Shown: positions 41,947-55,379, numbered from the stretch's first letter. The stretch is 64,000 nucleotides of DNA from Eledone cirrhosa (GCA_964016885.1 OZ024743.1:345960001-346024000); one strand, 5' to 3'. The notes: generated by a model from the letters alone, not told the origin. Numbers and translations are program-made.

Positions 41947-42128
41947 TGTTTCTACTTTAGGCACAAGGCCAGCAATTATCCAGTGCATTACTGGTACTTT
42001 ATTTTATCGACCCCGTAAGGATGAAAGGCAAAGTCAACCTCGGCGGGATTTGAACTCAGATCGTAAAGGGACGTAACTATGCTGGAAAGCATGGCGTCCG
42101 ACCCTCTACCGATACTGCCAATCCACCG
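41947..42128 (-). mobile_element. Full-length Meta-domain SINE with a 17-bp TSD
   Basis: Minus strand has A box TGGCAGTATCGG, B box GAGTTCAAATCC and Meta-like GCCTTTCATCCTTACGGGGTCGATAAAATAAAGTACCAG. TSD GCTTTAAAGATAATAAT at 41930 and 42128. Confidence 0.92.
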
Positions 42129-42690
42129 CTTTAAAGATAATAATGTTTTTAATGCTGTAACAAAATATTTAATGAATATATTACTTAATTAACTATGTAT
42201 CTGATGGCTATAGAAAATATTTTTATATTGTTTAATTTTGATATAATATATAAGTATAAGCTTAACCATAACCAAATACCCAAGATATTAACAAGTTCAT
42301 GTTATTTAATTGCTTGCCTCAATTTGACTTCATATTTGAAAACAACGGTCTTTATACCTATCCACCTCATTTCTTTCTTTCTTTTTTGTCTTTATTTCTT
42401 CTTTCTTCTTCTCTCATCTCTCTCTCTCTTCCTTTTTCTTTTTATATATCTATTCCCTAATACTTCTATTTACTCATTTAAATATTTATGTATGTATGTT
42501 TTATTTATTTTCTTCTTGCATTTCCTCATATTAACACCGTCCATATACCCATATCCTGCTCCGCATCTTTAAATTTAAGTTTATCATGTTATTATTTGTG
42601 GTATATAAATGTTGAGATTTGTTGTAATATATCACTGCCAATACTGGAATTGAAATATCAAGACCGTTGAGGTATGTCATACATCAATTC

Positions 42691-42760
42691 ATGTATTTTT
42701 TCTGACGAGGACGTATTGAAAAAACAGCACAGTACCTTCGAAATATATATAATAAAACAT
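42691..42760 (+). ncRNA. Type I hammerhead ribozyme in the Naiad 3' pLTR
   Basis: CUGACGA-GGACGUAUUG...CAGUACCUUC-GAA-AUAUAUAU-A-AUAAAACAU. Same family as 21114 and 58934. Confidence 0.75.
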
Positions 42761-42903
42761 ATATTTTGATTATGTGAATGTCTTCATTTATTATTATTCT
42801 GAAATTTTTTATTATTCAGAAATTTTTTTTTACACTGTAGAGTGCTTTTAATCTATTGTAAAACTATATTCAATGAGTAATCAATGAACCATATTAATCT
42901 TTG

Positions 42904-42970
<67 letters not shown>

Positions 42971-43080
42971 TATATATATTTCGACCGCTAGCCACGTGAT
43001 GATTCTTACACACTTTGAATTCATTTCTGGCGGCGATCACTGCAGAAATTTTAGTCCTACTGAGGGGTCTCTTCAGAAGT
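42971..43080 (-). ncRNA. Hammerhead-like motif with a long stem II insert; stem I lost
   Basis: CUGAAGA-GACC...(79 nt)...GGUC-GAA-AUAUAUAU-A, then runs into a (TA)n tract without stem I pairing. Confidence 0.45.
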
Positions 43081-43450
43081 TCGAAATCTCATGGATAATA
43101 TCAAGATTGGACATAACCACACAGTACGAGCGAAGCTATCGATAGTCGGGAGTAGACGAATTTTGGTAAAGTTTATATACATTTTTTCTTCAAACTTGCA
43201 TTTTAGACTTAGCTCCGTTTAATTGATTATTTGTCTAGTTAATTTCTACGGGCTAAGAAGAAAGACTAGGTGAATTTTATTGTGAGGAACAGCCGCTGTT
43301 CCTTACAAGGGATAGTCTGTGATATTTATCTGTTATTTCTTCGAGGTTATATTTTAAACTTAGCTCCGTTTAAATGATTATTAATCTAGTTAATTTCTAC
43401 GGACTAACAAAAAGAAAAATTGGATATATTTTGTCTGACAGTTATTCAAA

Positions 43451-43521
<71 letters not shown>

Positions 43522-44342
43522 TAAGAGTGGGAAATGAAATTTCATGTCATTTTTTCCGTTTATCGTTTTTGGTGCACCCGGCCGATTAACCCACTCGATA
43601 TGCAAATTGGGCTACTCAGCCATTAATATGCATAAGGTAAGTATATACGTTCAACAATCTGGCAGGAAGGTATACGTTGCTGACGATAGCTAATGAGCTT
43701 GGTACTAGTACAGCGTTCCTTTGTCAGTGTTGAACAAACGAACAACGATGGTTGCTGGACACTACGGCTTAAGACGGGATGTTTGTTTACAAACACACCG
43801 AGCATTGTAATAGATGTTCGGTGAATCCATACGTACATATATATATGTGTGCATGTATGTATATATATATACATACTACTGTACGTCTGTATACATATAT
43901 GTATGTACGTGTACATACTTATATTTAAGTAACAGCCGTACTAAGAGTGGGAAATGAAATTTCGTTTCATTTTTCCGTTTATATATATATATATATATAA
44001 ATAAAGTTAGTCCTTCATCAGTGATCTTCCAACCATCATTGGTATTTCATCGCTTTAAAGACTCCGGTTGGTGCGAGCAACGGCTAAAAAAAGTCGTTGG
44101 GACACGTAAATAAAGGGAACACGAGTGTAAACAAACAAAGATGGTGAAGCAACGAAAAGTGAGGAAGAAGGAGTCAAGTCCCAAATTTCTATGAATATAA
44201 ATTCGGTGAAATCGTGAACGAGAGAGAATAAAGACCATCAAACCTGGTTGGAATGTGAGCAAGGAAGGAATTCCGTACAGGTCTAACGGGAGGAAGAAGG
44301 GATCTAGTCTGTGAATTCGGTGAACGTAAATTCTGTGAAATC

Positions 44343-44496
<154 letters not shown>

Positions 44497-44995
44497 TGGA
44501 TGGGACATAACAAAACAGGTAGAGATATGTTATGCTTTGAGGGCAATTCACCTGAAGGCATAACCTGTCCCTACCTATTTTCTGAACTGCAATGAATAGT
44601 ATTTACCCTAATGAACAGAAACAACAGCGATCGCCAGAGGTTAACTGAGGAGATGGGACTGTCAGATTTTCTGTTGTTTTATCGGTTGTCTTTGTCCTGT
44701 CCGTGCCCTATTTTGAAGTGAGGACAGAAGAGTAGATTTATTGATCGAGGATGTTTGAATAGAGGTTCATAAATCTCATCGATTAGTCTGCATATCGATA
44801 TACATCCTCATAGAAACAATGGTTAAACAACGGATTAATTAACTACTTCGTCTTGTTTTATTCTTATTGCTTCCTTGTTCAAGAAACTACATATGTGTTT
44901 ATATTTATTATCAACCTACTCCCGTATGCAAATATAAACACACAAATACGCACACACATACACACACAATATATATATATATAGGAGGCGACGTT

Positions 44996-46046
44996 GTGTG
45001 GTTACTGAAAACGAAGTGTTAGAAGGTAATCGGGACACAAACAAGAGAAGAACAGTTTCTCGTCGTCAGCTGTTTACTACGGATCTTGGATTTTTCGGCG
45101 GTTAAAATCGAACACCGATCCGTTGCGTGACCATGGACTTTTATCTGTCAAAAGGCCATGAGGGAATGAAGTGATAGTGGAGAGAGAGGAAGAAAGAAAA
45201 AGGGAAGAAGCAAAATAGGAAAAAAAGGAAAAAAACAAAGTAACAAAAACGATAGAAGAGGACCACTGGACAATGGCACATGTATGAAAGTAACCGAAGA
45301 GAAAATGGATCAAGTTTTACCAAGCCGATGGGTATAAGCCCGGTGGCCATATAACAGAGGAGCTAGATTTTTCCGTGACAATTCTCAGTAAAGTGAGTGT
45401 ATGGAGAGAGAAAGACGGAGAAACCGGAAGTGTGAGGGGGTAGAGGACAGAGATGGTGAGTAAGAGGGATAGAGAGAGGGAGGGAGGAGAAGGGAAAGGG
45501 AGGTAATCCAAAAGTTGCACGACGCATGTGTGACCGAGGCCGAAAACAAGTAAATGGATAAGGAGGAAGAGAGAGAGAGGGGGGTGAGAAAGAGATAGAG
45601 TAAAAGAGGGAGTCGATCCGAAAACGTGGTGGGACATAAGTCCGTCCAGGGACAAAAATCGCGCCAGACAGTTAGAGAGGAGATCACAGCAGTAAATACA
45701 AAAATACAGGTTAGAAGGTGAGGCTGTGTGGTTACTGAAAACGAAGTGTTAGAAGATAATCGGAACACAAACAAGAAAAGAACAGTTTATCTTCGTCAGC
45801 TGTTACTACGGATTATGTGTGTTTCGCCACTTAAAACAGAACACCGATCCGTAGCGCGCCCATGGCCTTTTATCTATCAAAAGGCCACGAGGGAAAGAAG
45901 TGATAGTGGGGAGAGAGGAAGAGAGAAAAAGAGAAGAAGAAATAAAGGTAAAAAAAGGAAAAAACAAAGTAAACATACCGATAGAAGGGGACCACTGCAC
46001 ATGTATGTAAGAAACCGAAGTGAAAATGGATCAAGATATAACAAGC

Positions 46047-46050
<4 letters not shown>
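44996..46050. repeat. About 330-bp diverged direct repeat (44996-45329 and 45726-46050)
   Basis: Both units begin GTGTGGTTACTGAAAACGAAGTGTTAGAAG and end CAAGCCGAT. Confidence 0.85.
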
Positions 46051-46109
<59 letters not shown>

Positions 46110-46110
<1 letters not shown>

Positions 46111-46851
46111 GAGGGAAATCCCAAAAGTAAGGTCTCCAAAGCGATGGGGACGCAGAGAAACTGTTTGGACGGCTGTTGGCAACACTCTTGTGATTGGTGC
46201 TTCCTTCACTCCCAAACAAGCATGCGTGCGCTTCGCTGGGATGCTCAAGTGCGAAGTTCGCGGAGTTATTCCGTTTTTGAACGCAAAAGGTGTTGAACCG
46301 ATTGAAATTCATCGCCAATTGACGGAAGGGTATGGACATTCGTGCATGGATATCAAAAACATTCGCAAGTGGTGTAGAGAGTTTACAGCCGGTCGTACTG
46401 AAATTCACGACGAACAAAGGAGCGGGAGACCGTCAATTTCCGACGAGATAGTCGCAATTTTTCCGTGAAAATCCTGTGGATGGTGCTTCGGGAAACCTCA
46501 GGAACCAAAATGCAGAGAGCATCCAGAGTGATCCGCCGATCTTTACGCATGTTTTCCTCAACCTTTGCGACTGTCCATACACTTCCGTCAATTGGCGATG
46601 AATTTCAATCGGTTCAACGCCTTTTGCGTTCAAAAACGGAATAACTGCACGAACATTGCACTTGGCGATAGCGTTCAACGGGAGCTCCATTCTCAACGGC
46701 TGCCAAGCCAAGATTGAGCATCCCATCGAAACACGCGCATGGTTGTTTGGGAGTGAAGGAAGCACCAATCACAACAGTGTTCCCAACAGCCGTACGAACA
46801 GTTTCTCTGCGTCCCCATCGCTTTGGAGACCTTGCTTTTGGATTGCCCTCG
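46110..46851. mobile_element. Non-autonomous mariner with fold-back long TIRs made of two 5' ends
   Basis: TA-CGAGGG...CCCTCG-TA termini. Both strands encode the transposase N-terminal HTH (VIPFLNAKGVEPIEIHRQLTE). The plus strand continues to DEQRSGRP. No DD34D domain. Confidence 0.92.
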
Positions 46852-46982
46852 TATATGGGGGGTATGTGTGTGGGTATAGCGGGTATGTATACTGCGAGAG
46901 AGAGAGAGAAAGAGAGGAGAGAGAAAATAAGACTGAAAGAAAGAAAAGAAGAGAAGCTTATTAATTCGATTGTGTAATATAG

Positions 46983-47026
46983 TTGTATATACCACAGTAG
47001 GCTTAGGCTTACTGTGGTATATACAA
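46983..47026. repeat. Short stem-loop (20-bp stem)
   Basis: TTGTATATACCACAGTAGGC ... GCTTACTGTGGTATATACAA. Confidence 0.85.
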
Positions 47027-47511
47027 TTTCTGGTGTGAAATAGTCTACCAGTGATTTTCGGAGTTTTTCCTTACCGTTGTATAATAGGTATATATGAAGT
47101 CTTATTTTGCCATAATTGTTTACTAATGAATTGATTAATGTTATAGCTGAAACCTAACGTTTCGGTGTTGGGACTGGGAATACTTCAATGTCTTTATGAA
47201 AGAAGCTCCATTTTCAACTACCAGTTTCACTTAACTGAAGAACATCGTTGTAGAAGTTGAATATACAGTCTTCTGAAAAAAATCATACTATTAGCTTCAT
47301 TCTGGGGTTTAAGTTGTTACTTGATACATCTTCACAAATCTGTCACATATGAGTTTTCTATTCACTTGTAAACAAACTTTATATTAAGACACTTCCACGC
47401 AATTGTAAAAAATTATATCCAAGATATTTAACAGAATACATATGCGTTTTTATATGTATATATGTTTGTAATTACTCATGTAAATATGCATATATGCATA
47501 TATATATACAT

Positions 47512-47610
<99 letters not shown>

Positions 47611-47999
47611 CATACACATATATACATACACATACATACACACACACACACAATATATATATATATACACACTTATGTATATATATTACCATATTTATAA
47701 TATCGTGTTTTCTTTGGGGATTTTTACACTTCGTCATACAGTTTTCCCGAACATAAAGCAATGCGCTAAGTATGATTTCCTGTATGAAAATGAGATGAAA
47801 TTTCTTCCATTAGAACATTAGAAACTCGGCCTGTCCCAAAGCGGGAACACCCAAAGCCACTGGCGGAGAAGGAGTGATCAGGCATATAATCAATATAATA
47901 CATACACATATACAATCATACATACACATATACATGCCAGTGCGTACGCACACACAAACAGACACATATAAACACATTTATAATAACATATGTGTTCAG

Positions 48000-48065
<66 letters not shown>

Positions 48066-48257
48066 CACACACACTCAAACACATATACATATATGTACGC
48101 ATATATATATATATTCAGAACAACAGAGACAGCCATGTAAAAATAAACAAAATGTGAGGCATATAGAGTGGTAGCTTAAGGGGAATTGTATTAGGGAAAT
48201 ATATATATATGTATATATGTATGTATGGATGTATGGAGAGAAAGGAAGAAAGGGATA

Positions 48258-48349
<92 letters not shown>

Positions 48350-48944
48350 TCATTTAGATAGACAGAGATTTACGTAGGTGGATAGGTAAATAGATATTGA
48401 GTTAGATAGAAATATAGAGAGTGAAAGAGAGAGGCAGATAGAATGAATGAGAAAGTGGGCGAAATGTTAGAATGTGTGAGAGACTGAACAAGGGAGGGGG
48501 GGAAAGGAAAATGGCGATGAGAGCAGGCAAGGGCTATGAATAAAACAACTAGAGAGGGAATATCTCTCGGTGGCCAGAAGGTATAATCTGCTGGCACCAC
48601 GGGTGGAGGTCATTATTACAATTTTTCTCTGTTGTCCTCTCTATTTATGTCATCCCTCCTACTACATTAATACCTAGCCTCGTTATCGCCTGAAGCATGC
48701 CGCCAAAAAACTATTTAGATTCTCTTTTCTTGCAGCAGATTATTATATTTTTTACACTTGTTCTTGTTGTTTTTGTTGCTTATGTCGATGATGTTGCTGT
48801 TGTTATTATATACGCCTTCCTTGCTGCTAATGAAAAATATAAATATTACACCAACACAACTACAACTATCACCCATATATCGCTACTACTACTGCTACTA
48901 CTACTACTACTAAATATTTTAAATATTATTACTACATCTGTTAA

Positions 48945-49590
48945 TAATCGTTTTTCATTTAGGCACAAGGCCAGCAATGATGGGAGAGGGGAAAGTCGAT
49001 TAAATCAACCCCAATGCCTGACTGGTACTTTATTTTATCGACCCCGTAAGGATGAAAACAAAGCTAACCTAGGCAGGTTGTGAAACCAGAAAGTAAAGAA
49101 CCACAAAGCATGTTGTCTGACGCTCTACCGATATGCCAATCCACCGCCCTACTACATCTATTGATAATGATTCTACTATAGGCACAAGGCCAGCAATGTT
49201 GGGAGAGGAGAAAGTCGATTAAATTGACCCTGTGCATTACTGCTGCTTTATTTCATGGACCCCGTAAGGATGAAAGGCAAAGCTAACCTCGGCGGGATTT
49301 GAACTAAGATCATAAAGGGATGTAACTCTATGCTGCAAAGCATGGTGTCTGACTCTCTACCGATACTGCCAATCCACCACCCTGCTGCATCAATTAATAA
49401 TAATATTTTAAATATTTTGTAAAATTTTTAGTAGTAGTAGTAGTAGTAGTAGTAAAATAATTGTTTCTACTTTTGGCACAAGGCCAGCAATTATTTCAGG
49501 GTATTACTGGTACTTTATTTTATCGACCCTATATGGATGAAAGGCAAATTTAACCTCGGCGGGATTTGAACTCAGACCATAAAGGGCCGT
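48945..49590 (-). mobile_element. Three tandem Meta-domain SINE copies
   Basis: GGCACAAGGCCAGCAAT recurs near 48962, 49181 and 49475, each followed by the SINE body. Confidence 0.88.
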
Positions 49591-49595
49591 AATAA

Positions 49596-49599
<4 letters not shown>

Positions 49600-49666
<67 letters not shown>

Positions 49667-50345
49667 ATGATTTCTTTATTAGCCACGTTGTGTTTACATG
49701 ACAAAAATCTTTAAGGACAGTACAGGACACCTTAGGACGGCATAGAGCGGTACAGTGTGGGTTTTGGCCTGTAACAATGACATTTACCTAAAACAAGGGA
49801 AACATTATACAAATTAAAACAATATATATTCCCCAATAGGGGTGACTACCAAGAGTAACACATGGAGGAAGCCCACTATCAGCCACAGCCACCCTGGCTC
49901 CCAAGGTATGTGCCCACTCCACTCTGTCATGCTCCTCCAATCTAGAGACGGATAAAGAGAGAAGGCCCTTTAACTCATTCTCACATCTCCCACTTTTCAA
50001 CAACCTGCTTTGAAGGGAGAATTACCCTTTCCCCCTAATTTTCCTCTTCAAGTGAACCATGAAAAAGTTAATCAGCGCTCAGCTGCCACTTTTGCCATGG
50101 CCACCAGGCAGCTTAAATCTGCCTGTCCTTCCCTACTAATGGAAGGCGGCGGGACTATTCTCACGATGACAGTCGGATCTGTCTTCCACGTAACAGAAGG
50201 CGTTTGAGATAAACACTTATGTCAGTAATGCTCGGATACTAGACGAATGCTTGCAGAATGATGTGGTCATACTGCATTCATCTCGGACAGGCCCAGCTGA
50301 CGGCACTTCCATACCTCTAGATTTTATCTCAAACTGGCAATGCTC
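49600..50345 (-). mobile_element. 3' end of an L1/Tx1-like LINE with AATAAA and a (TAC)n tail
   Basis: Minus strand has a decayed CPR.../zinc-knuckle region and CLVAMAK, ending GGCTAATAAAGAAAT then (TAC)n. Confidence 0.55.
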
Positions 50346-50399
50346 ACAGATAATTCAGAGCGTATGTATGTTCGTTTTCTTCTCTTTTCAAAATGTTAG

Positions 50400-52338
50400 C
50401 CATGATACAAGCTGCATCAGATACCAATAACACAGAGCTATTGTACAGTCTCTTGCGTTATGGACCGTCTTCTTCTCTGGTGACACCGCTTCGCAGCACA
50501 AGGAATACTGCGTGACTCACAACGAATTCGGCGAAGGTGGCGAGAGCGCTTTGATGAACTTTTGAATCAGCCGTTTGTCGTCAATAAAGATTTCCTCAAT
50601 CTCATTCCTCAAAAACCTGTGAAAGTAGCTCTCGCAGAACCAGGTGCTTCTGGGCCGTCTGCTGACACACATTTTAGATTGTATTCTTCCTGAAAGTCAA
50701 TCTGCTTTTCGTGATGGACGTGACACTACTGATATGATCTTCTCAGCTAGACAGCTGCTGGAGAAGTGCATGGAATGAGGTTTAGATATGTATCACGTTT
50801 TTGTCGATCTGAGAAAGCTTTCGATACTCTTTTCAGAAATGCATTGTGGAAGGTTCTCCAGAAAGTTGGTTGCCCTGATAAGCTCCTTGTTTGGTTAGGT
50901 TTTTCCGTGACGACATTAAGGCTTGGGTTAATGTCAGAGGTAACATGTCGGAGCCTAAAAATGGAGTGAAACTGGGTGATATTCCAGCACCGACCCTGTT
51001 TGGCATATACTTTTCAATGGTTTTCTATATTGCATTCAGGAATTGCGAGCATCGTGTATACATCCAATATCGAACCTCTGGCAGCATGTTTAACATTAGG
51101 CGCTTTGCTGCAAAAACAAAAGTATTTACATCAATCACAAGAGACCTCTTGTATGCAGATGATTGCGATCTTGTAGCGCACACAGAGAGTGATATGCAGC
51201 ACATTTTAAATGCATTTTCTGATGCTTGCACCGCCCTAGGCTTGACTGTCAGTCTCAAGAAAACCATCGTCATGTACCAACCTGCCCCTAGTAAGCAGTA
51301 CAGTGTGCCAAATATCTATGTGTATGGTAAATGACTTGGAGTGATTGATCAGTTTGTTTACCTGGGAAGCACTGTCAATCGATACAGCAATCTTGATAAT
51401 GAAATTCCACTCATGATTAGGAAAGCAAGTGATGCTTTAGGTTCGGAAATCTAGAAAGGCGCCTCTGGGGTCGGCGAGACATATGCAAGAAGACAAAGGT
51501 AATGATCTACAAGGTATGTGTGCTCTCATCTCTTCTTTATGCCTGCGAGACCTGGGTCACATATCGACACCACCTTAAACAATTGGAGCATTTCCATCAG
51601 CTGTGTCTCAGACTGATCCATCGCGTTCACTGGAGGGACCACATTAGTGATGTCGAGATTTTAGAAATCTCTCTATATGACAATATAGAAGCACTTGTGC
51701 TTAAGCAAAGATTCAGATAGAGTGGTCACCTTGCCAGAATGAAGGATTCTAGAATACCGAAACAACTCTTTTATGGAGAGTTAGTTAAAGGAAAAGGACC
51801 TCCACATAAACCCAAAAAGATGTATAAAGATTCGTTGAAAGCCTCTCTGAAAGACGCTAACATCTCTGCTGATACATGGGAAGATGTTGCTGCTGATCGT
51901 AATAAATGGAGAAAGCCTGTTTATGAGGGGAAAATTGCCTTTGAGGTATCTCAAATCTCATACGAGAAAGTAAAGAGGGGTGTGAGGAAGGGCATTGATG
52001 TTGCATTTCCAGACAGCGAAGGTCCTCCTATGGCGCTGAGATGCAGCGTCTGTGCGAGACTCTGCCTCAGCAAAGCTGGACTCGAAAGTCATCTTTGAAG
52101 TCATAAAGTGAGACCAGTGGTTGACTACCAGGCTGCTGTTGGAGATGCTACTCATCATGCCTTCCAAGCATGTGTTAGAGAGTGTAGATCAGCAGGAGAG
52201 CTCAAACGACATGCACAAGTACATGAATTCCAGCCACAGCCGGCTACTGCCAGTGAATGTTTTGGTTGCCAACTCTGTGCAAGACATTTTAGCTCATTGG
52301 CTTGGCTAAAAAGCCACATTCGATCACAACACCGTTAA
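50400..52338 (+). pseudogene. RTE (BovB-like) LINE ORF, 5'-truncated and decayed; RT plus three C-terminal C2H2 zinc fingers
   Basis: PESQSAFR, DLRKAFD-like, GVKLGDIPAPTLF, LLYADDCDL, FVYLGS, RIPKQLFYGEL. Fingers: CSVC..SHL*SH, (F)QAC..RHAQVH, CQLC..SHIRSQH. Confidence 0.93.
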
Positions 52339-52379
52339 TTGTTATTGTGTGTGTGTGTATGTATATATAGATATGTATA

Positions 52380-52447
<68 letters not shown>

Positions 52448-52449
52448 GA

Positions 52450-55215
52450 TTATTATTATCATTGTTATTGCATTTAACTTGCTTTATGTTCATACGAGTT
52501 ATCACCATGTCACAACCAGTGACCTCAAGTGGCAACAAGGTCCGCCATGTTCAAGAAAGAACATACAAACACACACATGCATCTTTAGGTGTTTAGACTT
52601 GTGATGTACTTATACTGACAGAATCTTCCTTAGTATATGGCCAGTTCCCATTAGTACTATCTTTTGTATTTCTTCTATACCTGGGTTTCCAGGGATTTTG
52701 GATAAGTAATCATTAGACCCCCTTAGGTATCATTCCTAGAGCGCCTACAAACGCTGGTATTGTTTTAGTTCTCAACTTCCACATTTTTCCAATTTCTATC
52801 TCCAGGTCTTTATACTTGCTCGATTTTTCAAAGGTTTTTATAGATACATTCTTGTCTATTGGAACGGACATATCAATTAGCTGGCATACCCTCTTTTTAA
52901 AGTCCTTCAGTATTATATCAGGTCTATTTGCATCTATTTTTCGGTCTGTTTGGATGCTAAAGTTCCACAAGATTGAGATGTGATCTTTTTCAAGTATGGG
53001 AGGTGGTTGATGCTCCCACCAATTCTTTTGATGTGGCAGGTCAAAATGCTTACACATTATCCAATGTATGTATTGTGCAGCTCTGTCATGCCTGTTTAGG
53101 TATTCGGTTGGAGCAATAGGACTGCACATTGAAATTATATGATCAATGGTCTCTGGTTGTTTTTTACATACATGGCATAATGGGCTGCATCCATTTTTTA
53201 TTATGTTGGCTTGGTAATTTTTTGTTGGCAGACACTGATCTTGTGCTGATATAATCAGTCCTTCAGTCTCCGATTTCAGTTCAGAGGATGCCAACCGCTG
53301 ATGGGTGAAATTTTTGTCAACATCAGGATTGTTCGCTCTTTCTGGATATTTTCCATACAGGGGCTTTTCTTGCCATTTCTTAGCCAGTTTCTGTTGCAGT
53401 TCTTTCTTTGCAGTTACTTTTACCTGCTTGCTTTTTCTGTGTTTTCTATTTCAGCAGTAAATGGGACTTCTGAAATCTGTAGTCCATTTCCATTACTGTA
53501 TCTTTGTGCATATTTTGTAATGGAGTATGATCTTCTTGATGCTCTCGTGTTTCAAAACGAGTTTGATTATCCAATCATGTGATTCCCTGAGATATGTAGA
53601 TAATCCAATTGTTGCAGTTTTCAACGCAATGTCTAACTGGATTAACCCACGTCCTCCTTCTTTCCTAGGGAGATATATTCTATCTGTATCTGCCTTATGG
53701 TGATGCATTCTGTGCATGGTTAAGAATTTTCTAAATTTTGTATCGGGTCTACGGATCTCTGTGCTTGACCAGTTGATGACATTGTAACTGTAGGTTACTA
53801 CTGGTATGGTAAGCGTGTTTATGGAATCGATCCTATTCCTTGCATTCAATTCCGTTCTTAAGATTGCTCTTAATCTGCGGTAACATTCCTTCCTTATCCT
53901 TTCTCTCATTGTCGAGTGCTTGATTCCGTCTCCTTCACAAACACCTAGATATTTGTAAGTTTCCTCTTGATCAAGTTCTCTTATCACATTCCCACGATCA
54001 AGATTAATGTCTGAACTTTTCAGAAGCTTTCCTCTGGTGAACGTTGCTTTGGCGCATTTATCTAGTCCAAACTCTATTTTAATGTCATCACTGAACTGCT
54101 CCGCGGTGGATAATAGCCCTTGCAATTGTTCATCATTTTTTTGCAAATAGTTTCATGTCATCCATGTAGAACAAGTGATTAATGGTTTTGTCATAGACTT
54201 TATATCCATGTTTTGTTTGATTGAGCATATTACTTAATGGTATAAGTGCGATGCAGAATAAAAGCGGTGATAAAGAGTCACCCTGAAAAATTCCACAATT
54301 AATATTAACTTCTCCAGCTTCCAGTGATTTTGTTTCATTATTCAAAAGGAGTGTCGTTTTCCATGTCTTCATACTGAATGACTAGAACCTCCTGACAACG
54401 GGACATATTTTGAAAATCTCTAAACATTTTTCAATCCAACTGTGTGGCAAACTATCGCATGCTTTTTTATAATCTATCCAAGCAATTGCCAGATTTTTGT
54501 GTCTATTATGACAATCTTCCAGTATCATTTTGTTAACCAAAATCTGATCTTTACAGCCATATGAGCCTCGTTTACACCCTTTCTGCTCATTGGGAAATAG
54601 GTCAATTGTTATCAGGTGGTCATATGTATATTCAGTTAGGACTAATGTTAAAATGTTATACATTGTGGTCAAGCAAGTTATCGGTCTGTAAATTTTGGGA
54701 TTGTTTGTCTCATCATTCTTCGGATGCAGGAATGTAATGCCGTTAACTAGCATGATGGTATCTTATCTGGCTCCTTAACTATTTCATTGTAAAGTTGGGC
54801 TCCCAGCTCATGAGACTCTGTGAAGGCATTTATCCAAAAATTTGGTATTTTATCTTTTCCTGTGGATTTCCAATTGCTGGTTTTTCTAAGAGCCAAACGC
54901 AACTGTTCAACTGTTATATTTTCCCATATCTGTTCCTCAAGGTGAGCTGTATCTTTCATTTGTCTGTCTATCCATGGGGCATGTATATTATGAACTTTTT
55001 CTTCGGCCCAGATCTTTTCCCAGAATTCTTGCACTTCCTCCTTGGGTGGTATTGATTTAGCAGTTATTGTTGACTTACCAATTTTTCTGTAGAAATTTCT
55101 TTGATTGTTTTTGAACATATTATTGTCCTTATAGAATCTAGATCGTTTTTCAAAGCGCCTTATACGAGCAGCTTTGGCCGACACTTTTGGTTTGATTATT
55201 TCTATCACATGTCTA
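52450..55215 (-). pseudogene. Dong/R4-like RLE non-LTR retrotransposon, 5'-truncated, frameshifted
   Basis: RT motifs YRPITCL, QKGCKRGSYGCKDQ, GIFQGDSLSPLLFC, HLFYMDD, YKYLG. Then CHVC..ETIDHIISMC, RHD and RLE PDIIL..IDMSVP..EK..KY. (AAT)n at both ends. Confidence 0.93.
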
Positions 55216-55379
55216 TTATTATTATTATTATTATTATTGCTGTTATTATGATTGGGGTTTTTTGCGTGTGGGGGTGGGGGTCGTGCAATGGCCATACTCG
55301 ATAACGTGGTGATGCCATTATGTATGCATGTATGTATGTATCTATGTATGTATCTATGTATGTATCTATGTATGTATGT

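Larger units (their letters stand above)
40335..42900 (+). mobile_element. 5'-truncated Naiad-type Penelope-like element (thumb, linker, GIY-YIG, 3' UTR, pLTR with HHR)
   Basis: RIRSIIWYAPP...FNRNTVKLSYS, CNCRRKSECPLQNDCL, YIGATSSKFKFRFYNHKHSF, LIWSL, CNICNLE, in broken frames. HHR at 42691-42760 and two SINE insertions. Confidence 0.9.

Noticed and set aside
45050-45080. Minus-strand AACAG-CUGACGA-CGA-GAAA-CUGUU as a hammerhead
   Set aside because: It has no stem II, stem III or NUH site, and the second copy lacks GAAA.
45728-46468. 246-aa ORF as a host-transposase fusion gene
   Set aside because: It is a chance read-through of a direct repeat and a (TA)n tract into the truncated mariner HTH.
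48945-49590. Repeat-spacer pattern as a CRISPR-like array
   Set aside because: The units are about 200-bp eukaryotic SINE copies, with no short regular repeats or cas genes.
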